A stretch of DNA of 64,000 nt from Bacillota bacterium (GCA_050257015.1 JBLMWC010000066.1:4311-68310), one strand, 5' to 3'; shown: positions 28,839 through 37,774, counted from the stretch's first letter. Notes: generated from the letters alone by a model not told the origin. Numbers and translations are program-made.

Positions 28839-30872
28839 TCACTGCGGCGCTCCGTTGCCGGGCGCGGTCGGGATGTGCTGCATCCGGGCCACCTGGCTCG
28901 CCGCGCGCGCGCTCACGTTGGCGGTCAGCGGGACATTGGAGCCCGCCGGCGACACTCGCGCATACCCCGCCATCTCCTGGTGCAGCGCCGAGCAGAAGTC
29001 GGTGCAGTAGAAGGGATAGACTGCCGGCGTCTGGGGCACCCACTTGATGGTGCGCGTCTCACCCGGCGGGATCACCATGTTGGAGTTCTGCGCGCCCATC
29101 ACCGCGAACCCGTGCACGATATCCCAGTCCTGATCGATGTTGGTCACGTGGAAGTACACCGTGTCACCGACCTGGATCCCGGCAAGGTTGTCCGGCGCGA
29201 AGTGACTGCGGATCGCGATCATCTTCACGTCCACCCGATGTCCCTTCCGGGTGATGCCGCCGTCGGACTCCGCCTTCGTCACATACGGCGTCGTCGCCTC
29301 GGACAGCTTGAAGAACTTCACCTGGCGCTCCTTGATGATGCTCGCCGGGATCGCCTGGGCGTAGTGCGGCTCGCCGGCGGTCGGGAAGTCGAGGAGCATC
29401 TTCATCTTGTCGCCGCTGATGTCGATCAGCTGCGCCGACTGCGCGAGCTCGGGGCCGGTCGGGAGGTAGCGATCCTTCGTGATCTTGTTGAGCGCGACCA
29501 CGTACTGGCCCCACGGCTTCCGGCTGTCGCCGCCCGGTATCATCAGGTGGCCGACCGAGTAGTACACCGGGATCCGGTCCACGACCTCCCAGGTGCCCAG
29601 CTTCCACTTCACGATCTCGGACGAGATGAACATCGAGGTGTAGGCGTAGCCCTTGCCGTCGAACTCGGTGTGCAGCGGGCCGAGCCCCGGCTTCTGCACC
29701 TCGCCGGCGATGGTAGCCGCATACTTGAGGACCGGAATGCCGTCCACGATCGTGTCGATCTGCTTCGCCTCGATCGCCTTCAGCATCTTCGAGAACGAGT
29801 GCACCGGAATGACCGTCGCGAGCTTGCCGCTGGCCACGATGTATTCGCCGGTCGGATCGACGTCCACGCCGTGCGGGGACTTCGGGGTCGGCATGTAGTA
29901 GACCACCCCTTCACAATCCTTCGGATCGATCATCCGGACGCTCGTCTTCCGCTCGGTGCTCGCGATCCGCGTCGAGGGATCGGTGTAGTTGTGCGTGTAG
30001 TTCACCGGCACCGTCTTCGCCTTCCCCTCGTTGAGACACGCCTCCGCACGGCGGTAGTTGACCGCCGCGACGTAGTCCTTGTCGTTCTGCGAGGAGTTGA
30101 GCTCCTGCTTGGTGTAGGCCTGCTCGGTGTTGTACGAGCTGAAGAAGAACCAGCCGTCCGACGGCCCCTTGCCGGCATGGCCGAGATCGTAGTTGTAACC
30201 CGGCATCAGGATCTGGAACGCGATGTCCATCTTGCCGGGCTGATCGGCGGTGATGAACGACAGCGTGCCGCGGAAGTTCTGCTTGTAGCTCTCGATCGGC
30301 ACGTCGGTGTTGGGCACCGGCACGCTGAACCGCGTCGCCGAGACGATGTACTTGGTGTTCGGCGTCGTGAACGGAGACGCATGGCCGCCGGCCGAGTTGG
30401 GGATCTCGAGGATCTCGTCGGTCTCGAAGCGGGTCAGGTCGATCCGCGCGACTCGCGGCGTATTGTTGCCGTTGATGAACAGCCAGCGCCCGTCGGGAAC
30501 GCCGTCGGTCTGCGACAGCTCGGCGTGGTGACTGTCATCCCAGGGGACGAAGCCGCGCGTCGTCTCCAGCATCGGCTTCGTCTCTTCCGTGTAGCCGTAG
30601 CCGTTCTCGGGGAACTGCGAGAAGACCGGGATCGTCTTGAGCAGCCGCCCCGAGGGGAGGCCGTAGACGGTCACCTGGCCGCTGAAGCCGCCCGACAGGA
30701 AGGCGTAATAGGCGTCGTACGAACCCGGCGCGACGTAGACCTTCGACGCCGCGTCTCCCATGACGAGATTGGGCTGCGGCCCGCCGGCGCGGCAGGCGAA
30801 GAGCAACCCGGCGGCCACCAGGGTGGAGGCCAGACCGACGGTGACCGTGCGAGTCAGCTTGTTTCGTGGCAT
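28839..30872 (-). CDS. nosZ: nitrous-oxide reductase, clade II (Sec-type)
   Basis: 677 aa. CuA site FYCTDFCSALHQEM (C-x3-C-x3-H-x2-M) lies at the C-terminus. WDDSHH CuZ-type histidines sit in the propeller. The N-terminus has no twin-arginine. Confidence 0.95.
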   Translation of the reverse strand: MPRNKLTRTVTVGLASTLVAAGLLFACRAGGPQPNLVMGDAASKVYVAPGSYDAYYAFLSGGFSGQVTVYGLPSGRLLKTIPVFSQFPENGYGYTEETKPMLETTRGFVPWDDSHHAELSQTDGVPDGRWLFINGNNTPRVARIDLTRFETDEILEIPNSAGGHASPFTTPNTKYIVSATRFSVPVPNTDVPIESYKQNFRGTLSFITADQPGKMDIAFQILMPGYNYDLGHAGKGPSDGWFFFSSYNTEQAYTKQELNSSQNDKDYVAAVNYRRAEACLNEGKAKTVPVNYTHNYTDPSTRIASTERKTSVRMIDPKDCEGVVYYMPTPKSPHGVDVDPTGEYIVASGKLATVIPVHSFSKMLKAIEAKQIDTIVDGIPVLKYAATIAGEVQKPGLGPLHTEFDGKGYAYTSMFISSEIVKWKLGTWEVVDRIPVYYSVGHLMIPGGDSRKPWGQYVVALNKITKDRYLPTGPELAQSAQLIDISGDKMKMLLDFPTAGEPHYAQAIPASIIKERQVKFFKLSEATTPYVTKAESDGGITRKGHRVDVKMIAIRSHFAPDNLAGIQVGDTVYFHVTNIDQDWDIVHGFAVMGAQNSNMVIPPGETRTIKWVPQTPAVYPFYCTDFCSALHQEMAGYARVSPAGSNVPLTANVSARAASQVARMQHIPTAPGNGAPQ

Positions 30873-30981
30873 GTGAGTTCGGCGTGACGCCGCGTTGAGT
30901 GATTTCGCATCCGCGTATGATCAATTGTATCGGCGGCACCATGAAGGAATTCTGAAAATCCTCACAGGATGCCTTGAATCC

Positions 30982-31938
30982 TCAGGCCCGATGCACCGCC
31001 ATCGCGCGGCGCGCCGAAGCGGGCCGCTGCTCCGCCGGCGGCCGGCAGACGAGCACGGGGACTTCGGCGCCGCGCACCAGCTTGTCCACCACGCTGCCCA
31101 GCAGGAACCGGCGGAATCCGCCGACGCCATGGCTGGTCACCACGATTGCGTCCACCCGCTCGCGCCGGGCCTCTTCCAGGATCTCGATGGCCGGGTTGCT
31201 CGCGATCCGCACCGCCGTGCGGGCCCGGGCGCCCAGGCGCCGGACGTGTCGGGCCACCCGCTCGAGGTACGCGCGGGTGGTGTCCTGCAGCTCGTTGTCG
31301 ACCGCGACGTCCGGAATCAGCCCGAACGGCAGCGGCGCCACTTTCATTAGAGGACTGGGATCGATCACGCTGACCAGGAGGCACTCGCCTTCCTCCTCCA
31401 GCAACTCCCGCGCGGCGAGCACCGCGTGCTCCGCCACCGGCGACTGGTCGAGCGGGACGAGGACCCGGCGGAAGTGCACCGGATGCGCGCCCGGCTCATC
31501 GCTCGCGCGAAGCATGAGCACCGGCGTGGCGACGGTGCGCACGAGCCCGTCCGCCACGCTCCCGAGCCAGAGCCGTCCCACCGCGCCGCGGCCGTGCGTC
31601 GTCATCACCACGAGGTCGACGTGCGCCCCGTGGATGTGCGCCGCGAGGGTGTCCACCACGGGCCCGGACAGGTGATGCGACGCGACCCGGAGGTCGTGGT
31701 CGGCGTGCACCCGCTCGGTGACGCGGCGGAGATAGACCGTTTCATCTTCCAGCTGGACCTTGTCGAGCTCGCCGAAATCGACGGCGGCCGGCGCCGCGGC
31801 GAGCGCGGAGGCGACGGAGACATGCACCAGCGCGAGCTCGAGATCGGCGCCCGTCCGCTGGGCGATGGCGACGGCCACCGGCAGCGCCTCTTCGGCGGCG
31901 AGCGAGCCGTCGAGCGGCACGAGGATGCGGTTGTACAT
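30982..31938 (-). CDS. tandem universal stress protein (two UspA domains)
   Basis: ORF 30982..32400 trimmed to ATG 31938 (MYNRILVPLDGS). Two repeats of the USP pattern end in G..G..R...GSV......PVL. Confidence 0.85.
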   Translation of the reverse strand: MYNRILVPLDGSLAAEEALPVAVAIAQRTGADLELALVHVSVASALAAAPAAVDFGELDKVQLEDETVYLRRVTERVHADHDLRVASHHLSGPVVDTLAAHIHGAHVDLVVMTTHGRGAVGRLWLGSVADGLVRTVATPVLMLRASDEPGAHPVHFRRVLVPLDQSPVAEHAVLAARELLEEEGECLLVSVIDPSPLMKVAPLPFGLIPDVAVDNELQDTTRAYLERVARHVRRLGARARTAVRIASNPAIEILEEARRERVDAIVVTSHGVGGFRRFLLGSVVDKLVRGAEVPVLVCRPPAEQRPASARRAMAVHRA

Positions 31939-31952
31939 GGATCCTCCCTGGA

Positions 31953-32816
31953 TCAGAACGGGACGGTCAGCACCGAACAGGCGGCGCTGTGCGTGAGACG
32001 GCGGGCGATGCTCCCTGCCTCGATGACTCCGGGCGGGCCGCCGCGATGGAATCCGAGCACGATCGCGTCGGACCCCGTCTCGGCGGCGGCGGTGATCAGC
32101 GAGTCGACGATCGGGCCGCGCCGAACCATCAGCGCGTCGGGTACGTGGCCCGCCGGCTCGCAATCGGCGAGCTGGGCGATCGTCTCCCGGAGGGCGTCGC
32201 TCCGGCCGGACGGGATCAGCTCGGCGAGCTCGGGCGGCTCGTCGGGACGCACCGGCTCGACGGTGACCGCGCGGAGCGTCGCCGACACCGCCTTGGCGAA
32301 GTCGCACGCCGCCCGGAGGACGGTGAGTCCCCGGCGCGACCCGTCGAGGGCGACGAGGACGTGCTCGGGCGCGGGACTCCCGAGCGGGACGAAGAGGCAC
32401 GGCGTCCGGCTCCGGCGCGCGACCGCATCGGCGGTGTCGCCGACCAGGAGCCGCGTCGCCTGCGAGCGCTGCTTCCGGCCCACCACGATGAGGTCAACCT
32501 GGTGATCATCGGCAAAGCGGCAGATCTCGACGCCCGGGATCCCGAAGGTCACGCCCAGACCGACCGAATGGACCGGCGGCGCCGCGCGGACCTCGGGGTC
32601 CATCCACTGCTCCAGCCGGGCGAGCACCGGCCCGCTGCTCGCGGCCGGATCGCCGCTCACCAGGGCGGGCACCGGAGAGGTGGCGTGCTGCGCCGGGATG
32701 GTGGTCATGACGGTGACGCGCGCGCCGGCCCGGTTGGCCAGCGTCAACGCAACGCGGAGAGCACTCCGCGCCGTATCGGATTGATCGGTCGCTACCAGGA
32801 CATGCCGCAGTTGCAT
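31953..32816 (-). CDS. tandem universal stress protein (two UspA domains)
   Basis: MQLRHVLVATDQS...VVGRKQRSQATRLLVGDTADAVARRSRTPCLFV, then a second USP half ending GSIARRLTHSAACSVLTV. Confidence 0.85.
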   Translation of the reverse strand: MQLRHVLVATDQSDTARSALRVALTLANRAGARVTVMTTIPAQHATSPVPALVSGDPAASSGPVLARLEQWMDPEVRAAPPVHSVGLGVTFGIPGVEICRFADDHQVDLIVVGRKQRSQATRLLVGDTADAVARRSRTPCLFVPLGSPAPEHVLVALDGSRRGLTVLRAACDFAKAVSATLRAVTVEPVRPDEPPELAELIPSGRSDALRETIAQLADCEPAGHVPDALMVRRGPIVDSLITAAAETGSDAIVLGFHRGGPPGVIEAGSIARRLTHSAACSVLTVPF

Positions 32817-32909
32817 GGGGTCTCCTTCGATGACACGAGGATGGCCCCACCGGCGTGAAGGAAGAATGAAGAGGTACCGAAGGTTTCTTGGTGAGCGTAG
32901 ACTTGAGGC

Positions 32910-34148
32910 ATGCCGACTGCATTGGAGAGGCCGAACACGCCGCAGTGGCGGCTGGAGCAGCTGGTTACCGCCGGGACGCTCCTGGCCTCCGAGCTCTCAC
33001 TCGAAGGGGTGCTCCAGCGTGTAGTCGAGATCGCGGTCGACGTGATCGGCGCCAGGTACGCGGCGATCGGCGTGCTCGGGCCCGATGGCCGGACGCTCGA
33101 GAGCTTCACCACCATGGGGCTGTCGGAGGAGGAACAGGCCGCGATCGGCCCGCCGCCGCGGGGCCACGGCATCCTCGGCCTGGTGATCCGCGTCGGGAAG
33201 CCGATCCGCCTGGCCAACCTCGGCGAGCACCCCGACTCGTACGGTTTCCCCCCCAACCATCCGCCCATGACCTCGTTCCTCGGCGTGCCCATCACGGGAC
33301 GGCGGGGCACCTTCGGGAACCTCTATCTCACCGAGAAGATCGGCGGGCCGGAGTTCACCGACGTGGACGAGTACGTGGCCCGGCTGCTGGCCGCCCAGAC
33401 GGCGGCGGCGGTGGAGAACGCGCGGCTCCACGAGGAAAGCGCCCGGCTGCTGGAGGAGGTGCAGCAGCTCCAGCGCACCCGGGAGCGGTTCTTTGCGATG
33501 GTCAACCACGAGCTCAGGAACGCACTGGCCGGGGTCTATGGCTGGGCCGAGATGCTGGTACGGAAGAAGGACCCGGCGAGCGTGCCCCGTGCCGCCTTCG
33601 AAGTGCTCGATTCAGCCGAGCAGGCGATCGGGCTGATCAACGATCTCCTCGACCTGAGCCGGCTCGACGAAGACCGGCTGAAGCCGGCGATGCGCGCGGT
33701 CGAGCCGGCTGGCGTCGTCCGGCGCTCGATCGGCCGCGTCACCCCGGCCGCGCAGGCACGGAACGTCACCATCCGGGCCGACCTGCCGCCGGGCCTCCCG
33801 AGCTGCCAGACCGACGCGAGCCGCGTCGAGCAGATCCTGATCAACCTGACGGTGAACGCCGTGCGTCACACCCCCGAGAACAGTGAGGTGTGCATCAGCG
33901 TACGGCACCAGGACAAGCGGCTGCTCTTTCAGGTGGACGACCAGGGGCCGGGAATCTCGGAGAGCGAGATCGAGCGCATCTTCGACATCTACGTCACCAA
34001 GGCGGGCGAAGCGCAGGAGGGAGTGGGACTTGGCCTTCCGTTGTCGCGTCGGCTGGCCCGGCTCCTGGGCGGAGAGCTCCGGGCCGTCGCGAACCCCGGA
34101 GGCGGTGGCCGGTTCCTCCTCGAGCTGCCAGCCGCCGACACAGGATAA
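32910..34148 (+). CDS. soluble GAF-domain sensor histidine kinase (DevS/DosT-like GAF + HisKA + HATPase_c)
   Basis: No TM segment. The GAF carries ARYAAIGV, EHPDSYGFPPNHPPMTSFLGVP and FGNLYLTEK. H-box FFAMVNHELRNAL. The N and G boxes are LINLTVNAVRHT, DDQGPGI and GVGLGL. Confidence 0.85.
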   Translation: MPTALERPNTPQWRLEQLVTAGTLLASELSLEGVLQRVVEIAVDVIGARYAAIGVLGPDGRTLESFTTMGLSEEEQAAIGPPPRGHGILGLVIRVGKPIRLANLGEHPDSYGFPPNHPPMTSFLGVPITGRRGTFGNLYLTEKIGGPEFTDVDEYVARLLAAQTAAAVENARLHEESARLLEEVQQLQRTRERFFAMVNHELRNALAGVYGWAEMLVRKKDPASVPRAAFEVLDSAEQAIGLINDLLDLSRLDEDRLKPAMRAVEPAGVVRRSIGRVTPAAQARNVTIRADLPPGLPSCQTDASRVEQILINLTVNAVRHTPENSEVCISVRHQDKRLLFQVDDQGPGISESEIERIFDIYVTKAGEAQEGVGLGLPLSRRLARLLGGELRAVANPGGGGRFLLELPAADTG

Positions 34149-34204
34149 AGACGCCTTCACGATCGCTTGCAGTCGCCTTCAACAGTGCACGATAGGTTGG
34201 TGAC

Positions 34205-34897
34205 ATGCGGATACTCGTCGTCGAAGACGACCGGAAGGTCGCGGGCTTCATTGAACAGGGATTGAAGGAGGAAGGACACGCGGTGGACGTCGCCCCCGAC
34301 GGGGACGAGGCCACGATGTTGGCGCATGTCTACGACTACGACGTCATCCTGCTCGACGTCGTGCTGCCGAAGAAGAACGGCTTCCAGATCGCCGCCGAGC
34401 TGCGCCGGGAGGGCCGGGCGACCCCGATCCTCATGCTCACCTCGCTCGACTCCCCCGAGGATGTCGTGCGGGGCCTCGACGCCGGCGCGGATGATTACCT
34501 CGCCAAGCCCTTCCGCTTCGACGAGTTGCTGGCGAGGATCCGCGCGCTCCACCGCCGGGGCGGCGCCGCCCGGCTCGACGTGCTGCGCTACGGACAGCTC
34601 ACCCTCGACCGGCTCCGCCACATCGCCGCGATCGACGGGCACACCCTCGATCTGACGCCACGCGAATTCCAGCTCCTCGAGTACTTCCTCCTTCATCCCG
34701 ACGAGGTCGTCCGCCGCACCACGCTGCTCGAGAAGGTGTGGGACATGCACTTCGATCCCGAGAGCAACGTGGTGGACGTCCATGTCGGGAACCTGAGGCG
34801 CAAGCTCGAGCGCGCCGCTGGCGGTCCCGTTATCGCGACTGTCCGCGGCGTCGGGTTTACGCTGCGGGGCGGGGCCACGGCCGCAGGCAGCGCATGA
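34205..34897 (+). CDS. OmpR/PhoB-family response regulator
   Basis: Receiver domain MRILVVEDD...DVILLDVVLP...LMLTS..GADDYLAKPF. C-terminal winged-helix LTPREFQLLEYFL...VDVHVGNLRRKL. Confidence 0.9.
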   Translation: MRILVVEDDRKVAGFIEQGLKEEGHAVDVAPDGDEATMLAHVYDYDVILLDVVLPKKNGFQIAAELRREGRATPILMLTSLDSPEDVVRGLDAGADDYLAKPFRFDELLARIRALHRRGGAARLDVLRYGQLTLDRLRHIAAIDGHTLDLTPREFQLLEYFLLHPDEVVRRTTLLEKVWDMHFDPESNVVDVHVGNLRRKLERAAGGPVIATVRGVGFTLRGGATAAGSA

Positions 34898-36813
34898 CCC
34901 GCCGCGTGCCGGCGGCCGTGCTCCCGACCGGCGCGGCACTCGCCATCCTCGCCGGCCTCGTCGCCCAGCTCGGCTTCCGGGACGCGGCCGCCGCGCACGC
35001 CATCTGGCGGGTCAGTCTCTTCATCACCGCGGCACCGCTCCTCTGGCGCCTCGCCCGCTCGGTGCGGGGCGGTCAGTTCGCCACCGACATCGTGGCGTCG
35101 CTCGCCATCGTCGGCGCCATCCTCCTCGATCATCCCCTCGCGGGTCTCGTCATCGTCCTCATGCAGTCGGGCGGCGAGTTCCTGGAGGTCTACGCCGCCG
35201 GCCGCGCCTCCCGCGCGGTGCGCGCCCTGGAGGAAGCGGCGCCCCGCATCGCGCACCGCCTCACCGCGGGCCGCGCCGAGGACATCACCGTCGACGCGAT
35301 CGTCCCGGGCGACGAACTGGTCGTCCGCCCCGGCGAGATGGTTCCCTGCGACGGGATCGTCGTCGCGGGCGAGTCGCATGTCGATACGTCGAGCATCACC
35401 GGCGAGCCGACACCGGTCCGGACGATCGCGGGGGCCGCCTTCCCCAGCGGCAGTCTCAACCTCGAAGGGCCGTTCACCCTGCGCGCCACCGCCGCGGCCG
35501 CCGAGAGCCAGTATGCCCGGATCGTAGACCTGGTGCGATCGGCGCAGGAGCAGAAGGCGCCGATGCAGCGGCTGGCCGACCGGTACGCGGTCTGGTTCAC
35601 GCCGGTCACCCTCGCCGTCTGCCTCCTCACCTGGCTCGTCTCGCACGATCCGGTGCGCGTGCTCGCCGTGCTGGTGGTCGCCACGCCGTGCCCCCTCATC
35701 CTCGCCACGCCGGTGGCGCTGATCGGCGGGATCAATCTCGCCGCGCGCCGGGGGATCATCTTCCGCTCGGGCACCGCGCTCGAGCACCTGGGCCAGGTGA
35801 CGGCGGCGATTTTCGACAAGACGGGCACGCTGACCGTTGGTCATCCGAAGGTGAAGACGGTCCGCGCTGTGGCGCCGTGGACCGAGCCGGAGGTCCTGCG
35901 CTTCGCGGCGTCGGTCGAACAGGGCTCGGGGCATCTGCTCGCGCGCACGGTGGTGGACGCGGGCCATGGCGCCGGGCTGGAACTGAGTGAGCCGCGCGGC
36001 GTGGTCGAGGAGCCGGGTCGGGGGGTGTCGGGGCAGGTCGACGGGCGGACGGTCAGCGTCGGCGCGCGGTCGTTCATTACCGAGTATCATCCGCAAAGCC
36101 GGGCCGCGGTCCAGGAGATGTCGGCCGATCACGGCACCAACCTTCGCGCCTACGTCGCGATAGACGGCGACCTCGCGGGAGCGGTGGACTATGCCGATCG
36201 CCTGCGGCCCAACCTCGACGTGCTGCTGGCGGAGCTCCGCGCCGCGGGGGTCGGCCGGATGTTCCTGCTGTCGGGGGACATTCAGGCCAACGCGGACGCG
36301 GTGGCCGAAGCGGTCGGCATCCCCATCGCGCGCGGCGACCTGAAGCCGGCGGACAAGGTCGCCACGGTGCGGTCGCTGCTGGCCGAGGGCGAGCGCGTGC
36401 TGATGGTCGGTGACGGGACCAACGACGCCCCCGCCCTGAGCGCCGCGACGGTCGGCGTCGTGCTCGCCGCGCACGGCGGAGGCATCGCCGCAGAGGCGGC
36501 GGACGTCGTGCTGCTGGCCGACGATCCGGCGCTGGTCGCCACCGGCATCGCCATCAGCCGCCGGTCGATCCGGATCGCCCGGCTCAGCATCTGGGTCGGG
36601 CTGGGCCTCAGCGGCGCCGCGATGGCGGCCGCCGCGGCCGGCTACGTGCCGCCGACCCTTGGCGCGATACTTCAGGAAGCGATCGACATCGCCGCAATCT
36701 TCAACGCACTCCGCGCGGCCGCGCCGTACCGCGGCCTCGCCCGTGCGATCGGCGCCGTACCGCATGTGCCGCAGCCTGAGCTGTTCCACGCCCAGACGGA
36801 GACGCCGGCCTGA
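34894..36813 (+). CDS. P1B-type heavy-metal-translocating ATPase without N-terminal metal-binding domain, TPCP transmembrane motif
   Basis: ORF 34738..36813 trimmed to ATG 34894 (ATGA overlap with the regulator stop). Motifs TGEP, ATPCPLILATP, DKTGTLT and GDGTNDAP are present. There is no CxxC domain. Confidence 0.9.
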   Translation: MTRRVPAAVLPTGAALAILAGLVAQLGFRDAAAAHAIWRVSLFITAAPLLWRLARSVRGGQFATDIVASLAIVGAILLDHPLAGLVIVLMQSGGEFLEVYAAGRASRAVRALEEAAPRIAHRLTAGRAEDITVDAIVPGDELVVRPGEMVPCDGIVVAGESHVDTSSITGEPTPVRTIAGAAFPSGSLNLEGPFTLRATAAAAESQYARIVDLVRSAQEQKAPMQRLADRYAVWFTPVTLAVCLLTWLVSHDPVRVLAVLVVATPCPLILATPVALIGGINLAARRGIIFRSGTALEHLGQVTAAIFDKTGTLTVGHPKVKTVRAVAPWTEPEVLRFAASVEQGSGHLLARTVVDAGHGAGLELSEPRGVVEEPGRGVSGQVDGRTVSVGARSFITEYHPQSRAAVQEMSADHGTNLRAYVAIDGDLAGAVDYADRLRPNLDVLLAELRAAGVGRMFLLSGDIQANADAVAEAVGIPIARGDLKPADKVATVRSLLAEGERVLMVGDGTNDAPALSAATVGVVLAAHGGGIAAEAADVVLLADDPALVATGIAISRRSIRIARLSIWVGLGLSGAAMAAAAAGYVPPTLGAILQEAIDIAAIFNALRAAAPYRGLARAIGAVPHVPQPELFHAQTETPA

Positions 36814-37253
36814 TGCCCCGACCCTATCCCCACTTCCGTGAGCTGACCCGCGCCGAGGCGGAAGAGGTGCTCGCCCGCAACCACGTGGGCCGTCTGGCAT
36901 TCGTGGACCACGAGCAGGTCGACATCGAGCCGATCCACTACGTCTTCGCCAACGGCGCGATCCACGGCCGCACCGCGGCCGGCACCAAGCTCCACGCGCT
37001 CGCCCATCAGCCGTGGGTGGCACTGGAGACCGACGAGATCGAAGGGCTGTTCAACTGGCGGAGTGTGGTGGTCCGGGGGACCGTCTACAAGCTCGACCCC
37101 GCGCTGGACGAGAAGGATTACGCCGAGAGCGTTGAGATCATCCGCGGTCTCGTTCCGGAAGCACTCGCAGCCGAGGACCCGACACCGAGCCGTGACATCG
37201 TCTTCCGCATCTACCTCGGCGAGATCAACGGCCGCGCGGCCGACGACCGCTGA
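36813..37253 (+). CDS. pyridoxamine 5'-phosphate oxidase-family (FMN-binding split-barrel) protein
   Basis: 146 aa. EAEEVLARNHVGRLAFVDHEQVDIEPIHYVFANGAIHGRT...WRSVVVRGTV is the typical family pattern. The start shares 1 nt with the ATPase stop. Confidence 0.7.
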   Translation: MPRPYPHFRELTRAEAEEVLARNHVGRLAFVDHEQVDIEPIHYVFANGAIHGRTAAGTKLHALAHQPWVALETDEIEGLFNWRSVVVRGTVYKLDPALDEKDYAESVEIIRGLVPEALAAEDPTPSRDIVFRIYLGEINGRAADDR

Positions 37254-37271
37254 GACCCACACGGAGGCATC

Positions 37272-37766
37272 ATGGACTACTTCTTCTCTGCGACGCACCT
37301 CCATCTGATGCTCAACCACGTGCCGGTCCTGGGCACGATCTTCGTCTTCATCCTGCTCGTGTGGGGGCTGGTGCGGCGTTCCCGGGAGATCACGTCGCTG
37401 GGACTCCTCTTCACGGTGATCCTGGCGCTCGTCACGATCCCGATCTATCTCACCGGTGAGCCGACCGAGGAGGCGCAGGAGCACGCGCCGTGGTTCGACA
37501 AGAAGCGGGGGAACGAGCACGAGGAGAAGGCGGAACGGGGACTGATCGCGGTGCTGGTGACCGGGGCGGTGGCGCTCGGCGCGCTCTGGCTCCGGCGCGG
37601 GGGGCGGCCGGGCAACGGGGCCGTCACCGGTGTTGCGGTCGCGGCGCTGGGCGTGAGCGCGGCGCTTTTCGCGCTCGCCGCGCTCGAAGGCGGGCAGATT
37701 CACCACGAGGAGCTTCGCCCGGGCGCGGCCGTCACGGCGCCGGGACCGGAGGGCGATTCGGATTGA
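37272..37766 (+). CDS. four-helix membrane protein of unknown function (possibly DUF2231-like)
   Basis: ATG start. Helices are THLHLMLNHVPVLGTIFVFILLVWGLV, LGLLFTVILALVTIPIYL, IAVLVTGAVALGALWL and VAVAALGVSAALFALAAL. GC3-rich. Confidence 0.6.
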   Translation: MDYFFSATHLHLMLNHVPVLGTIFVFILLVWGLVRRSREITSLGLLFTVILALVTIPIYLTGEPTEEAQEHAPWFDKKRGNEHEEKAERGLIAVLVTGAVALGALWLRRGGRPGNGAVTGVAVAALGVSAALFALAALEGGQIHHEELRPGAAVTAPGPEGDSD

Positions 37767-37774
37767 GGTGTTCC

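Noticed and set aside
30873-30981. I looked for an FNR/NNR/DNR box (TTGAT-N4-ATCAA) or a sigma-54 promoter upstream of nosZ.
   Set aside because: The spacer is AT-richer and contains small palindromes (GGCGTGACGCC, TGATCA, CAATTG), but nothing within one or two mismatches of the FNR-family consensus. I saw no TGGCAC-N5-TTGC there either.
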